This document shows positions 38,615-48,424 of a stretch of DNA of 64,000 nt, piece by piece. Under the pieces are notes generated by a model. It was not told where the DNA came from and made no database searches. It was given only the letters and a program-made list of their open reading frames with translations. Source of the DNA: Candidatus Saccharimonadales bacterium (GTDB taxonomy: Bacteria; Patescibacteriota; Saccharimonadia; Saccharimonadales; 2-12-FULL-41-12). Every line of letters begins with the position of its first letter. Positions within the stretch are counted from its first letter, which is position 1. The stretch is from positions 5,812 through 69,811 of the forward strand of contig JANWLD010000001.1 of assembly GCA_025451045.1 (NCBI GenBank), read 5' to 3'. The position numbers and the translations under genes are program-made.

Positions 38615-39223
38615 TTACTTATTTTCATTATTAATTAGTTCAATTATCTCTGGCACTGTTTCAAAATCACTTATGAGTGTTTCGCGCATCGCGCCGTTAT
38701 ACAGGGCCGCCGCCGGATGAAACAGGGGCAGGATAACCACCCTGTCGTTTCCTAACCTGATGCGTTTCGGCTGGCCATGTACCGTGCTTATTTTCATCTC
38801 CGGCAGAAAATATTCCATACTGTGCCGGCCTAATGTCGCGATGATTTTCGGCCTGATAATATTAATCTCCTGAAGCAGATACGGCCAAAAAGCTTTCTTT
38901 TCATCTGGTAATGGATCACGGTTGTTCGGCGGACGGTATTTGACGATATTACTTATATAAACGTCTTTCCGCTCCATGCCGACTAAAGCCAGCATTTCAT
39001 CCAAGAATTTGCCAGCGGCACCGACGAACGGTTCACCCTGTAAATCTTCGTTCTTGCCCGGCGCTTCGCCGATGAACATTACTTCCGCATTGGGATTACC
39101 GACTCCCATGACAAGGTTCGTGGCATTCTCAGCCAAATCCGCGCAGATATTTTTAGCCTTGATATCTGCCTTAAGCTGGCTGAGAAGTGTTGCTTTATCG
39201 TTCTTTTGCTTTACCTTTTGCAT
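38615..39223 (-). CDS. Uracil-DNA glycosylase family 4
   Basis: GEAPG..ED..G.PFVGAAG, RPPNNRDP, HPAAALY. Confidence 0.92.
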   Translation of the reverse strand: MQKVKQKNDKATLLSQLKADIKAKNICADLAENATNLVMGVGNPNAEVMFIGEAPGKNEDLQGEPFVGAAGKFLDEMLALVGMERKDVYISNIVKYRPPNNRDPLPDEKKAFWPYLLQEINIIRPKIIATLGRHSMEYFLPEMKISTVHGQPKRIRLGNDRVVILPLFHPAAALYNGAMRETLISDFETVPEIIELINNENK

Positions 39224-39431
39224 CTGTTTTCACCTGACGGTACGCTATCCGCACCAAATTGTTCAACCCGCCGATAAAAAGCAGCAGGCCTGCTAACCAT
39301 TGCCACAGGCTACCGGTGTCAATGGCCTGTGAAATCACTATATATGCCAAAGCTATCTCAATCGCGGCAAATGTCAGTTTACCGCTTCTTGTCTGATGGA
39401 ATTTATCAATTTTGGCAATTGTTTTATGCAT
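39195..39431 (-). CDS. Small two-TM protein
   Basis: 78 aa, AIDTGSLWQW loop, RBS GAGG. Confidence 0.65.
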   Translation of the reverse strand: MHKTIAKIDKFHQTRSGKLTFAAIEIALAYIVISQAIDTGSLWQWLAGLLLFIGGLNNLVRIAYRQVKTDAKGKAKER

Positions 39432-39440
39432 ATCAACCTC

Positions 39441-41570
39441 TTATTTAGCGCCCTTGGCCGCTTTCATGCTGAGTTGTAGTCTACCTCGATCATCGATTGC
39501 AAGCAGTTTAACATCGACACGATCGCCTTCTTTCACAACATCACCCGGGCTTTTTACGCGCTCATCGCTCATTTCAGACACGTGTACCAAGCCTTCTTTG
39601 CCCGGCAGTATTTCAACAAAAGCGCCGAAGTCCAGCACGCTAACTACCCGGCAATCTTTGTAAACTTTTCCGACTTCCGGCTCGGCTATGATGGTCTGTA
39701 TGAACTGGATAGCGCCGTCAATGCTCTTTTTGTCCGGACTGGCAATCATCACTGTTCCATCATCTTTTATGTCGATTTCCGCCCCTGTTTCGGCAATAAT
39801 CTTATTAATTGTTTCGCCGCCTTTGCCGATAACTTCGCGGATTTTTTCCGGATTAATTTTAATGCTTTCGACTTGCGGAGCGTATTTGCTGATTGCTTTT
39901 CTTGGCCGCTCAATGGTATCTAGCATGTGTTTCATAATATGAGCCCGGCCTTTTTTAGATTGGGCTAAGGCTTGCTTCAAAATATCTACCGGCAGGCCAT
40001 GGACTTTCATGTCCATTTGTAGCGCCGTAATGCCTTTTGGCGTCCCGGCTACCTTGAAGTCCATGTCTCCGGCAAAGTCTTCTGCATCGGCAATGTCGCT
40101 CAAAATAAAGGGTTTACCGTCTTTACTTAGCATCAGTCCCATGGCAATTCCGCTAACCGGGGCCGTAATTGGCACACCGGCGTCCATCAACGCCAAACAG
40201 CTGGAGCAAGTCGCCGCCATCGACGTACTGCCGTTTTGACTCATTATCTCAGTTACCGAGCGAATAGTGTAGGGAAAATCAGCTTCGGCAGGTAGAACCG
40301 GAAGTAACGCCCTTTCTGCCAGGTAGCCGTGTCCGATTTCCCGTCTCCCCGGCCCCATTAGTCTTTTCACTTCACCGACGGTATATCCTGGAGCGTTATA
40401 GTGGTGCAAATACCTTCTCTCGTCATCTCGCTCCATGGTATCGACAATCTGCGCATAGCTAAGCGGTGCCAGCGTGACGATGTTCAAAGCCTGAGTTACG
40501 CCTCTGGTGAAGATACTTGAGCCATGCGTACGAGGCAGTAGGCCTACTTCGCTGGATAATGTGCGAATTTCATCCATTGTCCGGCCGTCAGGACGGATAT
40601 TGAACTCGGTAATCTCTTTGCGCACATCTTTGTGAAGCGCCAGTGTGAACGCATCGTCATATTCCCGGCGTAATTCGGCAAAAGTTTCCTCGCCAAGTTC
40701 TTCAGCGAATCGCTCTTCCATTTGGTCGCGCAAATCACGGACCATTTGGTTGCGTTCGGGGTACGGCATGCGTAAGTTCTTGCCCAATTTGCCTTCCAGC
40801 CAGCTTTCTACCTCTGTTTGAATCTTTTCATCGGGTAATGACAGGTTATATTCCTGCTTGGTAACACTTATTTTTTCAATTAGTTCATTCTGCAATTTTA
40901 TTGCTGGCTGGAGTTGTTTATGAGCAAACTCCATTGCCCCGATTACGTCTTCCTCAGAGGCTTCATTAGCGCCGGCTTCTACCATCATGATGCCGCTTTT
41001 TGTACCGGCTACAACCAAGTCAAGCGGACCTTCGTTGAGCTCTTTGCTGGTAGCAAAAGCTTTATATTTACCGTCGACCATGCCGACACGAAGGCCTGCT
41101 ACCGGACCTTCAAAAGGCGCTCCAGACAGCATAAAAGCCGCGCTCATGGCAATCATTGCTATGGCATCTGGCCGGAAGTCCGGATCCATACTCAGAACCG
41201 TCGCAACTCCTTGGGCTTCATGGCGATAGCCTTTGGGCCACAGTGGCCGAATTGGCCGGTCAATCAGCCGGCCGATAAGTATAGCGTCGTCGCTGGGGCG
41301 GCCTTCCCTTTTGATAAACCGGCTGCCGCTGATTTTGCCAGCCGCATACATTTTTTCCTCATAATCAATACTAAGCGGGAAATAATCAAAGCCTTGCAAC
41401 GGTTTGTCACCGACCATGGCCGTACCAAGCACGACAGTGTCACCATATCTGGCAATAACCGAAGCGCTGGAACGGAAACCGACCCGGCCTACCTCGAGGG
41501 TTAGTTCTTTACCACAGAAGTCAGTACTTACTTTTATAATCTTCTTACCATATGGATTAATAGTACTCAT
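39441..41570 (-). CDS. pnp: Polyribonucleotide nucleotidyltransferase
   Basis: RLIDRPIRP, RREIGHG, GDMDFKVAG, KH and S1 domains. Confidence 0.97.
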   Translation of the reverse strand: MSTINPYGKKIIKVSTDFCGKELTLEVGRVGFRSSASVIARYGDTVVLGTAMVGDKPLQGFDYFPLSIDYEEKMYAAGKISGSRFIKREGRPSDDAILIGRLIDRPIRPLWPKGYRHEAQGVATVLSMDPDFRPDAIAMIAMSAAFMLSGAPFEGPVAGLRVGMVDGKYKAFATSKELNEGPLDLVVAGTKSGIMMVEAGANEASEEDVIGAMEFAHKQLQPAIKLQNELIEKISVTKQEYNLSLPDEKIQTEVESWLEGKLGKNLRMPYPERNQMVRDLRDQMEERFAEELGEETFAELRREYDDAFTLALHKDVRKEITEFNIRPDGRTMDEIRTLSSEVGLLPRTHGSSIFTRGVTQALNIVTLAPLSYAQIVDTMERDDERRYLHHYNAPGYTVGEVKRLMGPGRREIGHGYLAERALLPVLPAEADFPYTIRSVTEIMSQNGSTSMAATCSSCLALMDAGVPITAPVSGIAMGLMLSKDGKPFILSDIADAEDFAGDMDFKVAGTPKGITALQMDMKVHGLPVDILKQALAQSKKGRAHIMKHMLDTIERPRKAISKYAPQVESIKINPEKIREVIGKGGETINKIIAETGAEIDIKDDGTVMIASPDKKSIDGAIQFIQTIIAEPEVGKVYKDCRVVSVLDFGAFVEILPGKEGLVHVSEMSDERVKSPGDVVKEGDRVDVKLLAIDDRGRLQLSMKAAKGAK

Positions 41571-41822
41571 ACAACCAATATCCTTTCTGCTCCGACAAAT
41601 TCTGAATAGCTACAATCTACATGCCGCTCCTCTTCGTATCCATTGGATACGATTCCTTCGCCTGATGTAGCTTGAAATCTACTCAGAGATTTATCTCGCA
41701 CTTGAAAAATATTGTTCGCATGAGTACTTGTGCTCATATTGGTTATGTAATCCTTCCTGGAGTAACAGGGTTCAATGGTACTCTGCTAAAGCTACGAACC
41801 ACTGTGCTCTATCACTCCGGTT

Positions 41823-41896
41823 GTTATTTGTCATTTACAATTTACAGCTCACATTTTTATTCAAATGTGAAATGATAACTCTAAATTTAAAGGTGC
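41823..41896. repeat. 5+5 inverted heptamer cassette (CATTT/AAATG family) after rpsO
   Basis: gttattt gtcattt acaattt acagctc acatttt .. caaatgt gaaatga taactct aaattta aaggtgc. Confidence 0.6.
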
Positions 41897-42162
41897 TATT
41901 TACGAATGCCCAGCTTCTTGATAAGTTCAAGATACTTTTTTGGCTCATTTTCAGCTAAGTATTTAAGCAGTCTTTTTCGTTTGCCTACCATCTGAAGCAG
42001 TCCCCTTCGGGCGGCGAAATCTTTTTTATTAACCTTTAAATGCTCGGTTAGCTCAGTAATGCGCGCAGTCAATATACCGACTTGGGCTTCAGGTGAGCCG
42101 CTATCTTTCTTGTCCTTAGCCAAATCAGCGATTATAGCCTGTTTTTTCTCAGTAGAAATCAT
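41896..42162 (-). CDS. rpsO: 30S ribosomal protein S15
   Basis: DSGSPEAQV, HLK..KKD, RRGLLQMVGKRKRLLKYL. Confidence 0.96.
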   Translation of the reverse strand: MISTEKKQAIIADLAKDKKDSGSPEAQVGILTARITELTEHLKVNKKDFAARRGLLQMVGKRKRLLKYLAENEPKKYLELIKKLGIRK

Positions 42163-42208
42163 TCGTTATCTGTTACTCTAGCACACTCTTATCTGTTTTT
42201 CAACAATT

Positions 42209-42481
42209 CTATATAGGAAGGTCGGGATTAGGCCCTGTGTCACGCATGTGCCGTGCTTGTTCTTCTATTTTTGCCTGGACTTCCGCGGATTCAGGGTTAA
42301 TCATCCCTGGTGGTTCAGACACTTCTTGTACAATCTTGTCCAGTGCTGACAGGTGCATAATTTTAGGTTCTTCTCCCGGGTAACGTGGTTTTATAAACCG
42401 TGGCCTGTCTACTTTTTCTAACTCTAATTGAGCTTTAAGTCTTCGTGATAAACGACCGTCTGGCTCGCATTGCTCCGGCAT
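42209..42481 (-). CDS. Hypothetical protein
   Basis: ORF between truB and rpsO; start uncertain (42481 or 42523). Confidence 0.4.
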   Translation of the reverse strand: MPEQCEPDGRLSRRLKAQLELEKVDRPRFIKPRYPGEEPKIMHLSALDKIVQEVSEPPGMINPESAEVQAKIEEQARHMRDTGPNPDLPI

Positions 42482-42536
42482 GGATTCATATTTTGTTTTA
42501 ATTTTTATAGGTCTATGACTCATAACTGCAAGTATA

Positions 42537-43205
42537 TCAAGTTTGGGTGATTTTGTCAATAGCCACCTCTGTTGGAGAAATGGCTTTTTCTATAGAAAAT
42601 TGCCCTATTTCTGTCCTTCTCAGCTCTGTTAAATACGCTGCTGTGCCTAGTTTTTGGCCAATATCTTCGGCAAGCGAGCGTATGTAAGTGCCTGAAGAGA
42701 CTTTAACAGTGAATGAAACCAGCGGATAATCATAAACTACATCTGTTATTTCATAGATTTTGACTGTCCGGGGCTCTATTTTGACCTCTTTTCCCTCTCT
42801 TGCCAATTTATAGGCTCGTTTTCCATCTACTTTTACGGCTGAATAGGCCGGCGGCATCTGTTCGTACGTATCCATAAAATACGCGATAGCGTTTTTAATC
42901 GACGTTTCATCGGGTTTTTTAACCGAAACTTTAGTTATTTCACCTTCGGAATCTCCGGTAGAGCTGGTCTCACCCAGTTTTATTACCGCTTCATAAGTTT
43001 TATCCAATTTGCTGAACTCAGCTGCCCTCTTGGTATAATTACCTGCCACCAAGACTAATAAACCGGTTGCCATCGGATCAAGTGTGCCGGTGTGGCCGAT
43101 TTTTATCTTCTGTCCAGCTTCTTTTTTCAGGATGTTGCGGACCTTAGCCACGACATCATGCGACGTCCAGCCCTTTGGTTTATTAACAAGTATTATTCCA
43201 TTCAC
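42537..43205 (-). CDS. truB: tRNA pseudouridine(55) synthase, short form
   Basis: [37 protein letters not shown]. Confidence 0.95.
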   Translation of the reverse strand: MNGIILVNKPKGWTSHDVVAKVRNILKKEAGQKIKIGHTGTLDPMATGLLVLVAGNYTKRAAEFSKLDKTYEAVIKLGETSSTGDSEGEITKVSVKKPDETSIKNAIAYFMDTYEQMPPAYSAVKVDGKRAYKLAREGKEVKIEPRTVKIYEITDVVYDYPLVSFTVKVSSGTYIRSLAEDIGQKLGTAAYLTELRRTEIGQFSIEKAISPTEVAIDKITQT

Positions 43206-43290
43206 TTTAAAATCTTAGCAAATTCCTAAACTTATACCGCGTTGGCAGTGTTCCGGACTTTGTCCGGAAGCAGGTCAATGCGGCATAAGG

Positions 43291-44796
43291 CTAGGAACTA
43301 GGGGGCAAGTATGGGGGTGGCGTAGGCGGCGGCGGGTTATCGTTGCTGTTAAGATTAGAGTCAAGTTCGGTTGAACCGATGTTTTCCCGTGGTTCGGGCC
43401 GCGGATTTTCGGTTTCAGCCGTCTCTTCAGCTTGGAGTACCGCGTCGCGGACAGCATCCAAGTCAGAATCACCAGAGCTGGCTGGTGTTGTAGAGCCAAC
43501 GACTGTGCTGTCATCTAAATGCGGGCTGGCTACGGCTTTTTCGATTTCGATAAGCGTTTGGCTGTCATCAACATCGGGCAATCCGGCAGATTTGGCCGCA
43601 TCGTCGTCTTCAGATTCGGGAATCAGCGTATCCGGCGAAGAAGAACTATCATTATCGTCTTCGCGGCTTAGTAGAGGTGTTTCCGGCAGATTGCTGAGTG
43701 GATCGGTACTACCGGCATAGTGTTTGTCCTCGGATTCCGAATTGGCCGTTAGCTGGCCGGTAAACTCCGGCGGTTTATGCATAATCCGCGGTTTATTGTC
43801 CGGCGGGGATTCGTCGTCAACAACAGATTCATCCAGGACAGCCTGAGCCTCGTCATCTGATAGTGGTTCAGGCGGCGGGGGTGGCGGTAAATCTTCAGTT
43901 TCAATTTTTTCGGCAATCGGCTCTTCAGGTTTTTTCTCAACCGATTCATGCTCAATTTCCAGTAACCCGCCTTCGGCTTCCTCGTCATTTTTCAGACTAT
44001 CGGAAGTCTGATTACCTGCCCCTTCTTCCAACTGCGTACTGACCAGCTGGGTACTGGCACCCGCAGACATTAACAGTCCGGCGACTGACATGGTGTGCGG
44101 CGCGGCTTTGTCGTTGCTGTATCTGTCGGTTTCGGCGACTATTCCGGTCAAAAGCGCAGTGGAGTTCTGCTCATCAAAGATTTTGTTGTCCAGTTCCATC
44201 GCGACATCGGCTACCATTTCACACAGGCTGCTGGCCCGATTGTCAGTCCAGTTGATAGAACCGATTCGGCTTTTTTTATCAATATTAATTGAAACAACGG
44301 CCGCGTCATGGAGTATCCGGCCATGGGCTAAAATAGCTTGATCGATATGGCTCTTGTCCTGCACCCCGAGTGCAACGATGGCGTCAACATTAAAGTCGCC
44401 TTGGCTGAATTTCAAATCTTTTTCGTCAATACTGGTTTTATAAGGCGTAATAAATATCTTTACGATGTCTTCCTCTATTTTGTAACGGAGTTTGTCGGCT
44501 TTGGCCTTGTCGAGCGCGATTATAAAGTCCCGCAGGCTGTCAGTGTCTTTTTCTAGTGTTTTTTCCGGTTTTAAGAAGTCAATGGTCGAAGGCACCTTGC
44601 CGCTGAATACCGCGTTGGCGTGTTTATTCAGTTTGTTCAAAATCAAAGTCAGGCCGATACAGGCGGCAAATTGGTCAACTGTCGGGTCAGTGCTGACGGT
44701 TACTAATATACTGCTTGATGACTTTAGTTTTTCTACGACCTGTTCAAACTCGTCCTTGGCCGGAGCATCGTCTGTTGCATTGTCTGAAGGTTTCAT
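43291..44796 (-). CDS. DHH/NrnA-like protein with degenerate motifs and acidic Pro-rich tail
   Basis: DPTVD..A..GL, ASSLCEMV, TALLTGIVAET.RY, L..AGA layout. Confidence 0.65.
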   Translation of the reverse strand: MKPSDNATDDAPAKDEFEQVVEKLKSSSSILVTVSTDPTVDQFAACIGLTLILNKLNKHANAVFSGKVPSTIDFLKPEKTLEKDTDSLRDFIIALDKAKADKLRYKIEEDIVKIFITPYKTSIDEKDLKFSQGDFNVDAIVALGVQDKSHIDQAILAHGRILHDAAVVSINIDKKSRIGSINWTDNRASSLCEMVADVAMELDNKIFDEQNSTALLTGIVAETDRYSNDKAAPHTMSVAGLLMSAGASTQLVSTQLEEGAGNQTSDSLKNDEEAEGGLLEIEHESVEKKPEEPIAEKIETEDLPPPPPPEPLSDDEAQAVLDESVVDDESPPDNKPRIMHKPPEFTGQLTANSESEDKHYAGSTDPLSNLPETPLLSREDDNDSSSSPDTLIPESEDDDAAKSAGLPDVDDSQTLIEIEKAVASPHLDDSTVVGSTTPASSGDSDLDAVRDAVLQAEETAETENPRPEPRENIGSTELDSNLNSNDNPPPPTPPPYLPPSS

Positions 44797-44939
44797 CTTT
44801 TTATTTTACTTTTTTTGTTTATGCTTAACTAGGGCTCACTATACAACCGATGAAGAATTCTGTCTAGCGTATTTTTGGATTTTTTGTTAAAGTGGTGGTA
44901 AAGTATAAAATTTAAACTAATAAGGAAGCTACAAATCAT

Positions 44940-45311
44940 ATGCCTATTATCAAGTCGGCTCAAAAACGGGTCAGAAGCGCTAAAAAAGCCACCATCCGGA
45001 ATTTGCGGACCAAACGCCAGCTTAAATCGGCCATAAAAAATGTTCGAAAAGCCGTTGATACCGGTAAGAAATCTACTGAGAGAGAGTTAAACGAGGCCAT
45101 CAGCGCAATTGACAAGGCTGTCAAAAAAGGCGTCATTCATAAAAACAAGGCCGCCCGCCAAAAAAGTCGTCTGGTTGCCGCTTTTAAAAAATCCGGCGGC
45201 AAAATTACCGGCTCCGCAGGCAAAAAGACTACCGTTAAAAAAACCGTTCCTAAGAAAACGTCAGCCAAACCTAAAAAAGCTTCCCCTATCAAAAAGTCTT
45301 CTAAGAAATAG
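44940..45311 (+). CDS. rpsT: 30S ribosomal protein S20 with Lys-rich extension
   Basis: MPIIKSAQKR, IDKAVKKGVIHKNKAARQKSRL. Confidence 0.95.
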   Translation: MPIIKSAQKRVRSAKKATIRNLRTKRQLKSAIKNVRKAVDTGKKSTERELNEAISAIDKAVKKGVIHKNKAARQKSRLVAAFKKSGGKITGSAGKKTTVKKTVPKKTSAKPKKASPIKKSSKK

Positions 45312-46218
45312 ATATCAGCAGGTTTTTGAGAGCATCGTCGGCATCAATCGAGCTGGTTTTTAGCTGCCTATCCAGCTCGACCAGTTTAGCTAACGTGTTT
45401 CGTATTTGTTCGCGGCCCATACGCTGAGCGATAGAGTGGGTCTTGTTAAGCGTAAACGGCTTTAATCCGCTAGTTTTCATGATTTCCGCGTCACTGCGGC
45501 TACTGGCAGCATCAATCATCGCAACCAAATGCATTTGCCAAACTATCAGGCCAAAGATTTTCAGCGGTTCCTCGCCCTGGATTCGTTGCTGTTCATATAT
45601 ATGCATGGCCTTTCTGCTGTTTCCACCAAAGGCCGCGTCTAGTAAGTTAAAAATGGTAGTCTGCGGGCTGGCTTCGGTCAATAATTCGATGTTTGCTCTT
45701 GAGATATCTTTATCATAATCGATAAGTTTCTTAAGCTCGTTGGCCGCTAGTTCTTGACCAATCCCAACTCTTTGCACCAAATAATACGCATCGGCAAAGC
45801 TTAATTTTGCACCCATTTTTTTTGCCTCGTTTGTCAGCCAGTTGGCCAGCTCGCGTTCATCCGGTTCGTTGAATTCTGTCAAATCAGCCTGTTTTTTCAG
45901 ATATTTATAATAAGTGCCTCGTTTGTCGATTTTCGGCTCAACAATTATCAGTTCATTGCCGGTTTCAGCTTTATCTATCAATCCTTCAATGTTCTCATTA
46001 GCTTCTTTAATCGTACCCAGCTCATATACAACCACCAGTTTTTTCTCAGCCAAAAACGGTACTGACTCTATAGCTGCGACTATTTGGTTGTATTCAGCCT
46101 CTTCGCCGTCTATTATCTCAACGCTCAGTTCGCCGTATTGTTTTGCGAACTCGGCTTTTGAATCTCTGATAGCCCGCTTGAGCGCAAAGCTGTTCTGTCC
46201 TATGAAAACTCTCGTCAT
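45301..46218 (-). CDS. holA: DNA polymerase III subunit delta
   Basis: PFLAEKKLVVV, NELKKL, IFNLLDA, D..LKTS; start MTRVFIG. Confidence 0.88.
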   Translation of the reverse strand: MTRVFIGQNSFALKRAIRDSKAEFAKQYGELSVEIIDGEEAEYNQIVAAIESVPFLAEKKLVVVYELGTIKEANENIEGLIDKAETGNELIIVEPKIDKRGTYYKYLKKQADLTEFNEPDERELANWLTNEAKKMGAKLSFADAYYLVQRVGIGQELAANELKKLIDYDKDISRANIELLTEASPQTTIFNLLDAAFGGNSRKAMHIYEQQRIQGEEPLKIFGLIVWQMHLVAMIDAASSRSDAEIMKTSGLKPFTLNKTHSIAQRMGREQIRNTLAKLVELDRQLKTSSIDADDALKNLLISIS

Positions 46219-46235
46219 GTAATTAGAATAACAGA

Positions 46236-47102
46236 TTAAAGTTTCTGGCAGCGAGGGCAAAGGTGCGTGCCGCGGCCGACCACGCGTATTTTAATGATGG
46301 CCGTTCCACAGCGCGGACATGGCTGGTTCTCCCGCCGAAAAACCCGGGCAAATTTCATGTAACTGCCTTTTTTGCCCTCGGCGTCAACGTAATTTTTATC
46401 CGTTGAGCCGCCTTTTTTGATAGAAAGTTTGAGCACATAGATAAGTTCTTTATACAGCTCGTCCAGTTTCTTGTCCGATACGTCGCGAACACGTTTTTCC
46501 GGATGGATTCTCGCTCCCCATAGCGCCTCATCGGCGTAGATATTGCCCACCCCAGCGATTATTGTCTGATCCATCAGCACCGGTTTTATCCGGCTGTTTG
46601 GACGCTTTTTTAGTCGTTCTTTGAACTGTTTGGCAGTAAAATCGGCGGATAATGGCTCTGGCCCGAGTTTTTTGAAAAAGTCGGTGTTCTCTACCTCGAC
46701 CGTTGGCACTAATCTGGCCCAGCCAAATTTCCTCTGGTCGTTGAAAAACAGCTTAGCCAAGCCCAGATTGAATATCACCCTCGTGGATTTATCCGGCAAC
46801 TTACCGACCAGTGAATCTGATGGATGGCCAGCGCTGAATACAGCGGATTCGGAGCGAAAAACCAGCTGTCCGGTCATCTTCAAGTGGATAATCAAACTAT
46901 ACTCAGTAGATAAGTCGATTATCAGGACTTTTGCCCGGCGCCGGACTTGAGTAATACTAGCGCCTACCAGGAATTTATCCGTATCATTTTTTGCATTCGG
47001 AAACGACTTGGACCAATCGAACTTTACCGACTTGACCGTCAATCCGGGCAATAACTTAGACAATCCTGACCGTACAGTTTCAACCTCAGGTAATTCCGGC
47101 AT
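46236..47102 (-). CDS. mutM: Formamidopyrimidine-DNA glycosylase
   Basis: MPELPEVE, HLKMTG, GVGNIYADE, CPRC..CPRCQ. Confidence 0.96.
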   Translation of the reverse strand: MPELPEVETVRSGLSKLLPGLTVKSVKFDWSKSFPNAKNDTDKFLVGASITQVRRRAKVLIIDLSTEYSLIIHLKMTGQLVFRSESAVFSAGHPSDSLVGKLPDKSTRVIFNLGLAKLFFNDQRKFGWARLVPTVEVENTDFFKKLGPEPLSADFTAKQFKERLKKRPNSRIKPVLMDQTIIAGVGNIYADEALWGARIHPEKRVRDVSDKKLDELYKELIYVLKLSIKKGGSTDKNYVDAEGKKGSYMKFARVFRRENQPCPRCGTAIIKIRVVGRGTHLCPRCQKL

Positions 47103-47125
47103 AGGTGTTATTATAAGACCAAACC

Positions 47126-47362
47126 ATGGATTCTATAAAAGATGTACTCAAAGACAAGGATTTTGAGCAACCCGACGAAATCCAACAGATTAAAGATTTT
47201 GTAAAATCCAAATTTGACGAAGAACCAGCCGTCAAAATTACTAAAAACAGCATCATCATTTCTGTCAGCAGTGCATCATTAGCCGGTGCATTGAGGATGC
47301 ATCTCCACCACCTCAGCAAACAGCTTCAGACCGACAAAAAACTGCTTTTAAGAATCAACTAG
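47126..47362 (+). CDS. Small hypothetical (DciA/DUF721-like possible)
   Basis: 78 aa, ISVSSASLAGALRM pattern. Confidence 0.5.
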   Translation: MDSIKDVLKDKDFEQPDEIQQIKDFVKSKFDEEPAVKITKNSIIISVSSASLAGALRMHLHHLSKQLQTDKKLLLRIN

Positions 47363-47377
47363 CGGCCAAGCGGCTTC

Positions 47378-47617
47378 CTAAACTTCAAATTTTTCTATGT
47401 GGTCAGTTAAGTTTTTTAAGAATTCTTTCGCCTGTGCTCTCGTGAGCGCAATCCGGCTGACAATATTTTGCTGTTCAGCTCCCGGCATAGCCTGTGAGAA
47501 GTTCAATGTAACGACGTTCTCGTTCGAACCGATAAGATATCCGTCCGCATAAAGAACCGGTACTTTGTTTACATCCACATTAAAATTCACCTTTTTCTGG
47601 TCTTTATCATTAGCCAT
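47378..47617 (-). CDS. DUF3467-like small protein
   Basis: PVLYAD..VTLNF..VSRIALT..QAKEF..L. Confidence 0.65.
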   Translation of the reverse strand: MANDKDQKKVNFNVDVNKVPVLYADGYLIGSNENVVTLNFSQAMPGAEQQNIVSRIALTRAQAKEFLKNLTDHIEKFEV

Positions 47618-47682
47618 AGTTACTCCTTTCCGTAAGCTCTATTATCGCAAATTTAAAAATAAAAATCTCAGATTATGCTCAT

Positions 47683-47766
47683 GCTTGCCTCGTAGTGAGC
47701 CTTCGAGCCTATTTGCCTTTGGCAAATACTATGCGTAGCAACTCGAAGATCTACTACGGGGCTTGC
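47683..47766. repeat. Structured palindromic element copy 1
   Basis: gcttgc-ctcgtagt-gag-ccttcgag..ctcgaag-at-ct-actacggg-gcttgc with internal hairpins. Confidence 0.75.
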
Positions 47767-47793
47767 AAAAGTGAACTATAAATTGTAGAGTTT

Positions 47794-48423
47794 TTGGTAA
47801 TGAATCTTGTTGCTACTGCTGAAAGGGAGCGGGCTAAAGCTGCTCCAGAATCTGCTGAGTCTTTATTTAGACTAGCAAAAGGCAACCGCTTGCTTGCTAT
47901 GTTTAAAAAGTTGGAAGAATTAGATAGGAAGTTCAAAGGCGTGATAATCCCTACCGACAAAGACCGTGCGGCAAGTCCTCGCTTCGTAATAGTTAAAGGC
48001 AAGGAACTACGCCATCAGGCCAGGCATCTTCGTAAAGCTGAACTGGGCGACGAAAACTTTTATGAGAATCTAACCGCTAAAATTCCAAAACTGGCTAAGC
48101 CCAAAAATATCGTCATAGACCATACGGATATAACCCCGAGTGGGAGAGGCCATCATTTATCTATAGGCTTTGACGAAGACAGTACTCAAGCCCTAGACGA
48201 AGAACGATGTGAGGTGCTTACGGCACTGGAAGAAATGGCTGACGTTCCAGACGATGGAGGATTAGATTGGCATCTGTATAATCCTGATATGTTGGCTATG
48301 TTTGTAAGATCTTCCGTACCGAAAAAAGAATCAGCTATCGAAACCGTTGCGAATTATATACAAGCCCATTTACCTATGAAAATTGTACTTGAACCTATAT
48401 ATAACCCCGTGGACCAAGTGTAA
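47794..48423 (+). CDS. Hypothetical protein
   Basis: 209-aa ORF, TATAAT shortly upstream; start may be 47800. Confidence 0.65.
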   Translation: MVMNLVATAERERAKAAPESAESLFRLAKGNRLLAMFKKLEELDRKFKGVIIPTDKDRAASPRFVIVKGKELRHQARHLRKAELGDENFYENLTAKIPKLAKPKNIVIDHTDITPSGRGHHLSIGFDEDSTQALDEERCEVLTALEEMADVPDDGGLDWHLYNPDMLAMFVRSSVPKKESAIETVANYIQAHLPMKIVLEPIYNPVDQV

Positions 48424-48424
48424 T

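Noticed and set aside
41672..41958. Short + strand ORFs between pnp and rpsO
   Set aside because: They overlap structured and periodic non-coding sequence and have no protein-like features.
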